A stretch of DNA of 64,000 bases. Source: a virus. Lineage: Duplodnaviria; Caudoviricetes. The notes under the pieces were generated by a model. The model saw nothing but the letters and a program-made list of their open reading frames with translations, was not told the origin of the DNA and made no database searches. The translations under genes were made by a program, and so were the position numbers. The stretch spans positions 1 through 64,000 of IMG/VR virus record IMGVR_UViG_3300012020_000005. One strand, written 5' to 3'. Below are positions 20,462 through 28,176 of this stretch, piece after piece. The stretch's first letter is position 1; each line of letters starts with the position of its first letter.

Positions 20462-20995
20462 ATGGGAATAGATAAAATAGGAAATAAGAAAAACTCATTT
20501 ACGAGTAATAGTATTGAATACAGCACACCTTTGGCGATAGTTCAGCCATTAATAAACGAATTTGGAATAACAAAAGATGTGTGTGCAAGCCAAACAAACC
20601 ATAAGTTACCTGACTATTGGAATAAAGAAGATAATGCTTTGACAAAGGATTGGATTGGTAACTGCTGGATGAACCCGCCATTTGATAGAAACTTGGCAAA
20701 GTGGGTAAGAAAAGCATCTGATGAAGCCGATAAAAATGGAGGAACAAAGGTTTGTTTGATACCTGTTAGGAGTAATACTAAATGGTGGGCTGAACTATCA
20801 ATAAAATCGGAAATTCGTTTTATCAATGGCGAAGTAAATTTCAATGATGAACCAAGAGGTTTATGGATGGGAATGTGTATAATCATATTCGGAGAAAAAG
20901 CTAAAAAAGGAACATTCAGTATTATTGATTACAGGAGCGTTGGCAAAAATTTATTAAAAGTTGAAACGGAATTGTCAAACGAAGCAGGAACGTAG
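20462..20995 (+). CDS. phage Dam-like N6-adenine methyltransferase, cassette H
   Basis: YSTP, DVCAS, CWMNPPF, LIPVRSNTKWW, IRFING. Confidence 0.85.
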   Translation: MGIDKIGNKKNSFTSNSIEYSTPLAIVQPLINEFGITKDVCASQTNHKLPDYWNKEDNALTKDWIGNCWMNPPFDRNLAKWVRKASDEADKNGGTKVCLIPVRSNTKWWAELSIKSEIRFINGEVNFNDEPRGLWMGMCIIIFGEKAKKGTFSIIDYRSVGKNLLKVETELSNEAGT

Positions 20996-21003
20996 CAGAT
21001 TGC

Positions 21004-21083
21004 TTATAATAGGCGCGCGCTTGGCGTCAGGCTTGTGAGCTTGCTCCAAGCGTGGAGTTGGGCGAAGGGCGCGCCTATTGGGC
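21004..21083 (+). repeat. attC-like site J9 (GC-rich; AAT/ATT variant ends)
   Basis: Perfect inverted repeat AATAGGCGCGC 21008-21018 / GCGCGCCTATT 21069-21079. Confidence 0.7.
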
Positions 21084-21110
21084 AAAGGTGCTGTGCGCCT
21101 TTTGCCCAAC
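21077..21110 (+). other. gene-less 34-bp mini-cassette I
   Basis: ATTGGGCAAAGG...CCTTTTGCCCAAC between J9 and J10. Confidence 0.6.
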
Positions 21111-21236
21111 GGTTTGGGGCTTTACGTAGTGGGGGATTATACCCACAAAAGCCCAATAGAATTACAAAAGTATAATAAAAGCACAAAAGTATGATAGAAG
21201 AACAAAAGCCCCCATTACGTAAAACCCCTGTTAGTA
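21104..21236 (+). repeat. attC-like site J10
   Basis: AAC 21110; 20-bp stem 21116-21135/21209-21228; GTT 21230. Confidence 0.85.
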
Positions 21237-21856
21237 GCAGTACGGGTAATAGTGATTGGTCTGGCAACAAAAATTCAATTTATAAAACGCTTGGGGCTTC
21301 CAACCATACGGATAAGGAACGCCAAAGTGAAGATTATTACGCAACTGAACCGAAAGCAGTTGAATTGCTTTTAGATTTAGAGGACTTTTCACAACTATAT
21401 GTTTGGGAATGTGCCTGTGGTCAAGGTCATTTATCGGAAGCAATGATAAAAAAAGGAATAAAAGTAAATTCAAGTGATTTAGTTTTAAGAGGATATGATA
21501 AGGCTTATATGTATGATTTTTTAAGCGAAGAAAACAAAGAGTGGAAAGGTCATATTATTACAAATCCACCTTATAAATTCGCAAAGGAATTTGTTTATAA
21601 AGCATTATCAATAGTTCCAAATGGTTGTAAAGTTGCAATGTTTCTAAAAGTTCAATTTTTAGAAGGTAAGGCACGAAAGAAACTATTTGAAATATATCCA
21701 CCTAAAACTGTTTACGTTTCAAGCAGTCGTTTATTATGTGCCAAAAATGGCGAATTTGAACAAATGATTGCTGGTGGTGGTTCGGCTGTTGCTTACGCTT
21801 GGTTCGTTTGGGAAAAAGGATTTAATGGTCAAACAGAATTACAATGGTTCAATTAG
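21191..21856 (+). CDS. DNA amino-methyltransferase (NPPY), cassette J
   Basis: DYYATEP, WECACGQGHLS, IITNPPY, AYAWFVW; start codon lies in J10. Confidence 0.85.
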   Translation: MIEEQKPPLRKTPVSSSTGNSDWSGNKNSIYKTLGASNHTDKERQSEDYYATEPKAVELLLDLEDFSQLYVWECACGQGHLSEAMIKKGIKVNSSDLVLRGYDKAYMYDFLSEENKEWKGHIITNPPYKFAKEFVYKALSIVPNGCKVAMFLKVQFLEGKARKKLFEIYPPKTVYVSSSRLLCAKNGEFEQMIAGGGSAVAYAWFVWEKGFNGQTELQWFN

Positions 21857-21875
21857 CAACGAATGGTAGTATTGC

Positions 21876-22006
21876 TACTAACGGACGGCGATTGTCGTGG
21901 TTGGGATAAAACAAAGACTGATAATTAAATTTAAAACTAAACTGAAAAATGAAAACAAATGTAAAAGTTAAAGACAAAACCCAATCACTACAATCGTATG
22001 TTAGTG
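21876..22006 (+). repeat. attC-like site J11
   Basis: AAC 21882; 17-bp stem from 21889 with 2 mismatches; GTT 22000. Confidence 0.8.
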
Positions 22007-22434
22007 TTTCGGTTACGGCTTCCGAGTTGCGAATAGGGAATTTAGTACACTTTCCTTTTACGGCAGAAAATGTAAAAGTATTAGGAATTAATGCTCGTGA
22101 ATATAAATCTGAAATAATTCATACAATCTCTTTTGAAAAAGGAACGAATTTATATTGTGAAAAGCCTTCTGTATTAAAACCTATCCCATTGTCGAATGAA
22201 TGGTTAGAAAAATTAGGATTTTATATTGTTTCTGATAATGAATATAAAACAAGATTTGATATTCTAAAAGAAGGCAGAATTGATTTTATAAGAGTAAAAC
22301 ACGAATTGTGTGATTCTGGAGTTCGGTTTGAAGGAGCTATGTTGAAAGGAATTGATTATGTACACCAATTGCAAAACTTCTATTTTATAATTACTGGCTC
22401 GGAATTGCAGATTGGTTCTATAACTGAACACTAA
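21949..22434 (+). CDS. hypothetical phage protein, cassette K
   Basis: ELRIGN...KPIPLSNEWLEKLGF...HQLQN; start in J11; stop is the TAA of TAAC. Confidence 0.7.
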   Translation: MKTNVKVKDKTQSLQSYVSVSVTASELRIGNLVHFPFTAENVKVLGINAREYKSEIIHTISFEKGTNLYCEKPSVLKPIPLSNEWLEKLGFYIVSDNEYKTRFDILKEGRIDFIRVKHELCDSGVRFEGAMLKGIDYVHQLQNFYFIITGSELQIGSITEH

Positions 22435-22483
22435 CGTTTTGCAGCTATGCGCTCGTTTTAATGGCGCATAGGTGCTGTTATGC
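22429..22483 (+). repeat. attC-like site J12 (shortest, 55 bp)
   Basis: AAC 22435; CTATGCGC/GCGCATAG stem; GTT 22477. Confidence 0.85.
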
Positions 22484-22544
22484 GCTGGCACGGTTGATTA
22501 AACGATAAACTTAAATTGAAACACAAAACAAAATTTTTATTAAA

Positions 22545-22763
22545 ATGAGCGAGGGTAAAAAAGCAAAAGAACTAATTGATAAGCACCGTAAATGGGTTAA
22601 TCAAATTGATGGCAGTTACTCCGAAACAGAGTATGCTAAAAAAGCTGCGCTTATTACCGTTAATGAAATTCTTGAAGTAGAAAGCAAGAAAATGATAAAC
22701 GGTGATGTGAATGAATATGATTATTGGGAACAAGTAAAAAAGAAAATAAATGGCAGTATTTGA
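22545..22763 (+). CDS. hypothetical protein, cassette L gene 1
   Basis: After core 22477. Confidence 0.6.
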   Translation: MSEGKKAKELIDKHRKWVNQIDGSYSETEYAKKAALITVNEILEVESKKMINGDVNEYDYWEQVKKKINGSI

Positions 22764-23271
22764 TAAAGAAAAATTGTTTGATGCAGAGAAGGTAAACAAA
22801 AGCCTTGAAAGCATTGTGTGGGGAACACCAACAGAGTTGTTTGCCCCGATTGATAAAGAGTTCAGATTTACACTTGACGTATGTGCAATATCAGAAAACG
22901 CAAAGTGTGAAAGGTTTTTTACACCACAAGATGACGGACTTGCCCAAAGTTGGGAGAATGAAGTTTGCTGGTGTAATCCACCATACGGGAAAGATGTAGT
23001 AAAGTGGTGTAAAAAAGCATTACAGGAAAGTAAAAGAGGGGCAACAACGGTATTGCTGATACCTTGCAAAACGAACACAAATTGGTGGCACGACTTTGTA
23101 ATACCTTATGCTGAAATTCGTTTTTTGCGTGGCAGAGTGGCTTTTGTTTACCCTAACGGAGAGCAGAGCAAACAAGCATTACCGTGGCCGCTTGCTTTTG
23201 TCATTTATCGTGGGTCGGAAGATTTTAATAAAAATTTTGAACCGCAAACTCTTTTTGGAAACGAAATGTAG
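22750..23271 (+). CDS. phage Dam-like N6-adenine methyltransferase, cassette L gene 2
   Basis: WGTP, FTLDVCA, WCNPPYG, EIRFLRGR. Confidence 0.85.
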   Translation: MAVFDKEKLFDAEKVNKSLESIVWGTPTELFAPIDKEFRFTLDVCAISENAKCERFFTPQDDGLAQSWENEVCWCNPPYGKDVVKWCKKALQESKRGATTVLLIPCKTNTNWWHDFVIPYAEIRFLRGRVAFVYPNGEQSKQALPWPLAFVIYRGSEDFNKNFEPQTLFGNEM

Positions 23272-23278
23272 TGCTTGC

Positions 23279-23409
23279 GTATAACGGCTACGGCTATGTG
23301 CAGTAGCGGATTTGAAACACAAAACTTAAAATTATGATACGAAGATTATTTGAAAAACTAAGGCTGATTAAACCACGTCAGCCGCACTTGCCACAAACCA
23401 ATGTTAGTG
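23279..23409 (+). repeat. attC-like site J13
   Basis: AAC 23285; partial stem; GTT 23403. Confidence 0.7.
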
Positions 23410-23588
23410 GCAGTTTTAAAGAGTGGTATTTAGAATTTCGCAACGAAATGGCAAAATCTTTTGGTGTTAATTATAGCATTTCTATTGCAAGTTGGACTTT
23501 TAGTGAAAATCATAAACACTATTACGATAGGGGACTTACACCAAAAGAGGCAGTATTGGAATATGCAGCGTCAAAAAATTGCCACTAA
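23334..23588 (+). CDS. hypothetical protein, cassette M
   Basis: Start in J13; stop is the TAA of TAAC. Confidence 0.6.
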   Translation: MIRRLFEKLRLIKPRQPHLPQTNVSGSFKEWYLEFRNEMAKSFGVNYSISIASWTFSENHKHYYDRGLTPKEAVLEYAASKNCH

Positions 23589-23719
23589 CGGTTAGTATAT
23601 GGAAAGTAGGCGATAGGAAGGTATGAACCAATGGAAGCCTAAACGACACACTAAAACAAGGACAAGAGCCTTGAAATGTTACCAAGTGTTTAGCCTATTT
23701 TTTATATACATTGTTATGT
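23583..23719 (+). repeat. attC-like site J14
   Basis: AAC 23589; GTATAT...TAGGC/GCCTA...ATATAC stem; GTT 23713. Confidence 0.8.
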
Positions 23720-23824
23720 ACTGTATAGTGACTTTTAAGCAATAAACTTTAATTAAAGAACGAAACTAAGTAATAATATTTTGTGCGGTGGCAAATTGCT
23801 GAGGCACGAAGCAAAACAAAGACA

Positions 23825-24799
23825 ATGATTAAACTATACAAAGGCGATTGCCTTATTGAAAGCGATAAAATAGAAAGTGGTAGTGTTGATTTGATATTAA
23901 CTGATTTGCCATTTGGTACTTTAAAAGGTGCTACATTGACAAGTTCAAAAACAAGAAACAATGAGTATTCTTGGGATAATATTATTGATACGAATAAAAT
24001 TTATAAGATAGCAAACAGAATACTTAGGAAAAACGGTAAAATGTTATTGTTTTGTCAAGAGCCATTTACAACTGAATTGATAAACAAAGCAATACCAAAT
24101 ATACCTTTAAGTTATAGAGCAATATGGGAAAAGAATGATTTTGCAAATTGTTTGTTTGCAAAAAAAGCAATGGTAAATTTTTACGAAGATATTCTAGTTT
24201 TTAGCAAAAATGAAGATACAGAAAAAGCACACCCTTTGAGAGAGTATTTTTATACTGAATACGAAAAAACAGGTTTGACCTATAAAGAAATAAACAGAGA
24301 TTATTTAGAAACCACTTTTGAAGGTGGCGGTGGAATGGCTTACAATATGCTTTGTAGAACACGTTTGTATTTTAGTATGCCAACAGAAGAGGCTTATAGT
24401 AGATTGCAGAAAACTGGATATTTTAAAAAGCCTTATGAAGAGCTTAAAATAGAAGACGAAGCGTTTAAAAACAAAATGAAAAGCACATTTAACCTTTGGG
24501 AAGGTAAAAAATACAAAAGTAATATACTTAAATACAAAAAAGATTATGATGGCTACCACCCAACGCAAAAGCCAGTTTTATTGTTAGAGGACTTAATAAA
24601 AACTTTTAGCAACGAAAATGATTTAGTAGTTGATTTAACTATGGGTTCTGGTAGCACTATGGTAGCCTGCAAAAACACCAATAGAAACGGAATAGGTATT
24701 GAAATGAATGACGAGTATTTTAGTATTGCTGAGAAAAGGGTGGAAAAAAATATTATTACGACTGGTGAGCAAACAAGTATATTAGACGAACTGAACTAA
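23825..24799 (+). CDS. beta-class DNA amino-methyltransferase, cassette N
   Basis: LILTDLPF, YHPTQKP, DLTMGSGST; ATG 23825 preferred over the track start at 23783. Confidence 0.9.
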   Translation: MIKLYKGDCLIESDKIESGSVDLILTDLPFGTLKGATLTSSKTRNNEYSWDNIIDTNKIYKIANRILRKNGKMLLFCQEPFTTELINKAIPNIPLSYRAIWEKNDFANCLFAKKAMVNFYEDILVFSKNEDTEKAHPLREYFYTEYEKTGLTYKEINRDYLETTFEGGGGMAYNMLCRTRLYFSMPTEEAYSRLQKTGYFKKPYEELKIEDEAFKNKMKSTFNLWEGKKYKSNILKYKKDYDGYHPTQKPVLLLEDLIKTFSNENDLVVDLTMGSGSTMVACKNTNRNGIGIEMNDEYFSIAEKRVEKNIITTGEQTSILDELN

Positions 24800-24866
24800 G
24801 CTATATTGTACATAACTATTTACTAAGCGTTACTAAAGAGGTAAAACACTAATAAAATTAAGACTT

Positions 24867-25127
24867 ATGATTACCACAATAGAATTTAAATATGGTTTTA
24901 TTTATAAAGGAGTTAGGTATGCTTGGAAAAATAAAAAATTATACAGACTTCCTTTTGAAAGAAATCTAAGAACTTACAGATTAAAAGAAATCCCTCAATA
25001 TGTTTTTAAATCAACGCAAGTTTATAATGTGCAAAGAAGTAAGTTAACTATAAATAAATTAAAATTTTTAACAGAAAAAGTTGATTGGAATATTCAAACA
25101 ATAGTAGAGGATGAATGTCCTTTTTAA
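24867..25127 (+). CDS. hypothetical protein
   Basis: First ORF after the array. Confidence 0.6.
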   Translation: MITTIEFKYGFIYKGVRYAWKNKKLYRLPFERNLRTYRLKEIPQYVFKSTQVYNVQRSKLTINKLKFLTEKVDWNIQTIVEDECPF

Positions 25128-25311
25128 TAATGTAAATGTATGATATATTGTAAAGAATGTAGACGTAAGGCAGTTATGGATGCTTTTAGTAATGGTATTT
25201 GTGGAGTGTGTAGTGAAGATATTTCTTGTAGCCATAGTCCTTGTAATTTAGTTTGTTACAATTGCGCGGAGGATTTTAATTTATGTGAATCATGTGGTAA
25301 AAGTTTAAAAG

Positions 25312-25506
25312 ATGAATAGAAAAGAAGGTCTTTATAAAGTTAAATTTAACGGACAATGGAGAATAGCAAAATGGACAGTAAATCCTGATATGGATTCCTC
25401 TTGGTGTTGTTGGTGGATAGTGGGAGAAAAACCTAAAGCATGGGGATGGTCTGATAAAGATTTTGAAGATATTCTTGAATCTTCTTGGTCTCCTAATTCT
25501 AAATAA
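25312..25506 (+). CDS. hypothetical Trp-rich protein
   Basis: Co-oriented ORF. Confidence 0.55.
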   Translation: MNRKEGLYKVKFNGQWRIAKWTVNPDMDSSWCCWWIVGEKPKAWGWSDKDFEDILESSWSPNSK

Positions 25507-25533
25507 AAACACGTTAGAAAAGTCAATTAATTT

Positions 25534-26457
25534 ATGAGTAATTATTTACAGACTAAGTTTCAATATTATCCAAGTGATATAAGAATTGTAAAACCTCTTG
25601 GAGAAATTACACTCTATGACTATTTATATAAAATAAAAAACCCAACTGAGCAAACAGTTAACTTGTTTAAACAAATAGAGGAAGCTAGTGCTGTTGGAGA
25701 CCTAAAATTAAAAGCAGAACTAAAAGCCAAGACATATTATTTTACTCCTTGTATTTTTAGTGACGGTCAAGGACGTTCTTATTCAAATATTAAATCTTGG
25801 ACAGGTTTAATGATAATTGATGTAGATGGTTTAACTCCTGAGTATGCTATTGAGTTTAAGGAGTATTTATTTCACACTTATAAATTTTTTATTTCGGTTT
25901 TTTTATCAGCGTCAAAAAGAGGAGTAAAGGGCATTGTTAAAATCCCTATCTGTCAATCAACGGACGAGTTCAAATCTTATTTTTATGGGCTTATGGATAA
26001 ATTTCAGGAATATAAAGGCATTGATTTCAGTTCAAAAAATTGCGCCTTGGCAAATTACTTAACATACGACAAAGAGTTGTTATACAGATTAGACGCAACA
26101 GAATGGAATGGTAAAGGTATTCAACTAGACGAATTTAAAATTTTTGAGGGTGAAGCTATTACTTTAGAAAACATTACAGAAGAAGATGTGGAGCAAGTTA
26201 AACTTATTTTAAAAAGAATGTTTAATAAGATTGTAGACTCAGGACATTTAATTGTACGTTCTGCATCTTTACTTGCAGGTGGATTTTGTAGTGCAGGATA
26301 TATGAATATAGACGAAATGAGAGAGTATTTATTTGATTTGATAGATGATACTGATTATTTACAAAAGTCTCCTAAAACCTATAAAACGACATGTGTACAG
26401 ATGATTAACAAAGGATACCAAAGCCCCGTTTATTTACAGAAAGAAGATGAAAGATAG
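25534..26457 (+). CDS. primase-like protein (BT4734/VirE N-terminal-like domain)
   Basis: YFTPCIF...WTGLMIIDVD...FLSASKRGVKGIVK...LTYD. Confidence 0.7.
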   Translation: MSNYLQTKFQYYPSDIRIVKPLGEITLYDYLYKIKNPTEQTVNLFKQIEEASAVGDLKLKAELKAKTYYFTPCIFSDGQGRSYSNIKSWTGLMIIDVDGLTPEYAIEFKEYLFHTYKFFISVFLSASKRGVKGIVKIPICQSTDEFKSYFYGLMDKFQEYKGIDFSSKNCALANYLTYDKELLYRLDATEWNGKGIQLDEFKIFEGEAITLENITEEDVEQVKLILKRMFNKIVDSGHLIVRSASLLAGGFCSAGYMNIDEMREYLFDLIDDTDYLQKSPKTYKTTCVQMINKGYQSPVYLQKEDER

Positions 26458-26555
26458 AAAGTATTTTTTAAGAAAGGATTTGGAAACTTTTAAACGTAAA
26501 TTTAAATTAGTTTGCCGAGAAAAAAGTTTAGAAATAAATAAATATTCAGATTTAC

Positions 26556-26586
26556 TTGCACAGAATAAAAATAATCACTATGTTTG
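26556..26586 (+). promoter_or_regulatory. Bacteroidota-type promoter
   Basis: TTGCA at 26556 and TATGTTTG at 26579. Confidence 0.7.
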
Positions 26587-26962
26587 CAAAGTAATTAAAA
26601 TAATAGAGTTATGAAAACAGAAATTTTAGATAAAATTGTAGATGTAGCCTTAATAGCAGGGATATGCTTTTTAGCTTATAATAAATTAGATGGATGGGGA
26701 TGGTTAGTCTTTATATTAGCTATTAGAAACTAAACAGAATGGATGCAATATTTGAGATTTTAGGAGAGTTACTTACTACTGCTTTGATAACTAAGAAGGG
26801 TGTTTATTTTTTGCTGTTTTTTATTCTTTTGTGCGGAATTTCTGTGTATGTTTATTTTAAAGGCTATGAATAAAGAACAAAAGTTAATATCAAAAATCTA
26901 TGATGCCTTTGATGATTTATATTTATCATACGAGGAAGTTGAACTATTAAAAGAAATGATAC

Positions 26963-27226
26963 ATGGAGTATAGTAAATTAGAAGAAGAAATTAATAAACA
27001 TACTCAGTATTGGGATTGTTATAACGATTGTCCTATAGAGTACAATCATACAGGTAAGGTTATGAAAATTATTAAAAATTTTTCTGTTTCTTTTAATCTT
27101 TTTTGTGCCGAAAATTACACACCAAAAAGAGTTTTAAATAAACCTGTCATTTGGGAAGGAAATCAAAATAAAAGCCATACAACGGAAGAATTATATAAAA
27201 TATTTTTAAAAAGTTATGGAATATAA
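26963..27226 (+). CDS. hypothetical protein
   Basis: Co-oriented ORF. Confidence 0.55.
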   Translation: MEYSKLEEEINKHTQYWDCYNDCPIEYNHTGKVMKIIKNFSVSFNLFCAENYTPKRVLNKPVIWEGNQNKSHTTEELYKIFLKSYGI

Positions 27227-27564
27227 AGTAAAACTAAGAAAGCTAAACGCTACAGGAACAGCTAGAGATGAAGTTAAGTTAGATATTGTTTTAGAACAAC
27301 AGTTAAGTGATTTAATAGAGTGTTTTTTAACTGCTGATTCTTTTGGTAAGAATATGATATTGAGAAGAGCTAAAAAAATAAGTAAGTTATGAAAGATACA
27401 AATAAAGAAGGTTTCTATGACCTACCAAAAAATGAAAGTTGTACAGATATAAATCATAATCCTCCATCTCATCTTTATATTCCGCCAGGGAAAGGATATA
27501 AGCATATTTGTCCTACTTGTGGTAAAATAACTAATTTAGTCCCCTTACAAATAACATTTTAATT

Positions 27565-28176
27565 ATGAAATATAAATACTCTAAGTTATATTGGTTTTTA
27601 AGAGACCTTGAATGGGTGAAAGTCTATTTTTCTCCATTCAAACCCCCAATACCAAAAATTTACATTGGAAAAGTGGCTATAGGAGTTCCTTACTTCTTTC
27701 CCCGTGTTTGGCGAAAAGCAACACCTAAAAAGGCTCTTGAAGCAACCTTAAAAGAAATAGAAGAAGTTAGGAAGTATAATGAAAAAGAACAAACGTATAA
27801 ACGTACAGTAAGAACTTATGATGAGATATACACACAAAAAATAAACAGCTCTTTTGCTCAACCTAAAAAAATAGGATTTGATTTTGTTAATTTAGGTTGG
27901 AAAACAAAATGGACATCAGAGGATTATAGGTTTGAGTGGAGTCCAGTGTGGTCATTTATTTTCTTTAAGTGGCAAATTGCCATAACTTTTGTAGCTTTTG
28001 AAGCGCATCATTTTTGGGAATGTTGGCTTTATTATTCAAGAGAGACTAATGGTACAGTAAAAGAAAGATTAGAAATCTGTAGGAAAGGGTTTCCTTGTAT
28101 TTGGACAAGTCATAGTGATAAAGGCAAAGTAACAACAAATTATTGGGATGTAGTAATTAAAAATAAATATTTATGA
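27565..28176 (+). CDS. hypothetical aromatic-rich protein
   Basis: 203-aa ORF. Confidence 0.65.
   Translation: MKYKYSKLYWFLRDLEWVKVYFSPFKPPIPKIYIGKVAIGVPYFFPRVWRKATPKKALEATLKEIEEVRKYNEKEQTYKRTVRTYDEIYTQKINSSFAQPKKIGFDFVNLGWKTKWTSEDYRFEWSPVWSFIFFKWQIAITFVAFEAHHFWECWLYYSRETNGTVKERLEICRKGFPCIWTSHSDKGKVTTNYWDVVIKNKYL

Larger units (their letters stand above)
16366..24816 (+). mobile_element. integron-like gene cassette array (14 cassettes, 14 attC-like junctions plus a terminal half-site)
   Basis: Repeating unit GTT-core/ORF/inverse core-AAC/hairpin; each cassette's 5' core is the reverse complement of its own 3' inverse core; all genes co-oriented. Confidence 0.8.

Noticed and set aside
16772-23719. 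Hairpins as simple intrinsic terminators
   Set aside because: They lack downstream U-tracts, several contain start codons, and this reading does not explain the cassette-specific terminal repeats.
16366-24816. CRISPR array
   Set aside because: Junctions are not identical repeats and the intervening units are whole genes of 0.2-1.1 kb, not spacers.
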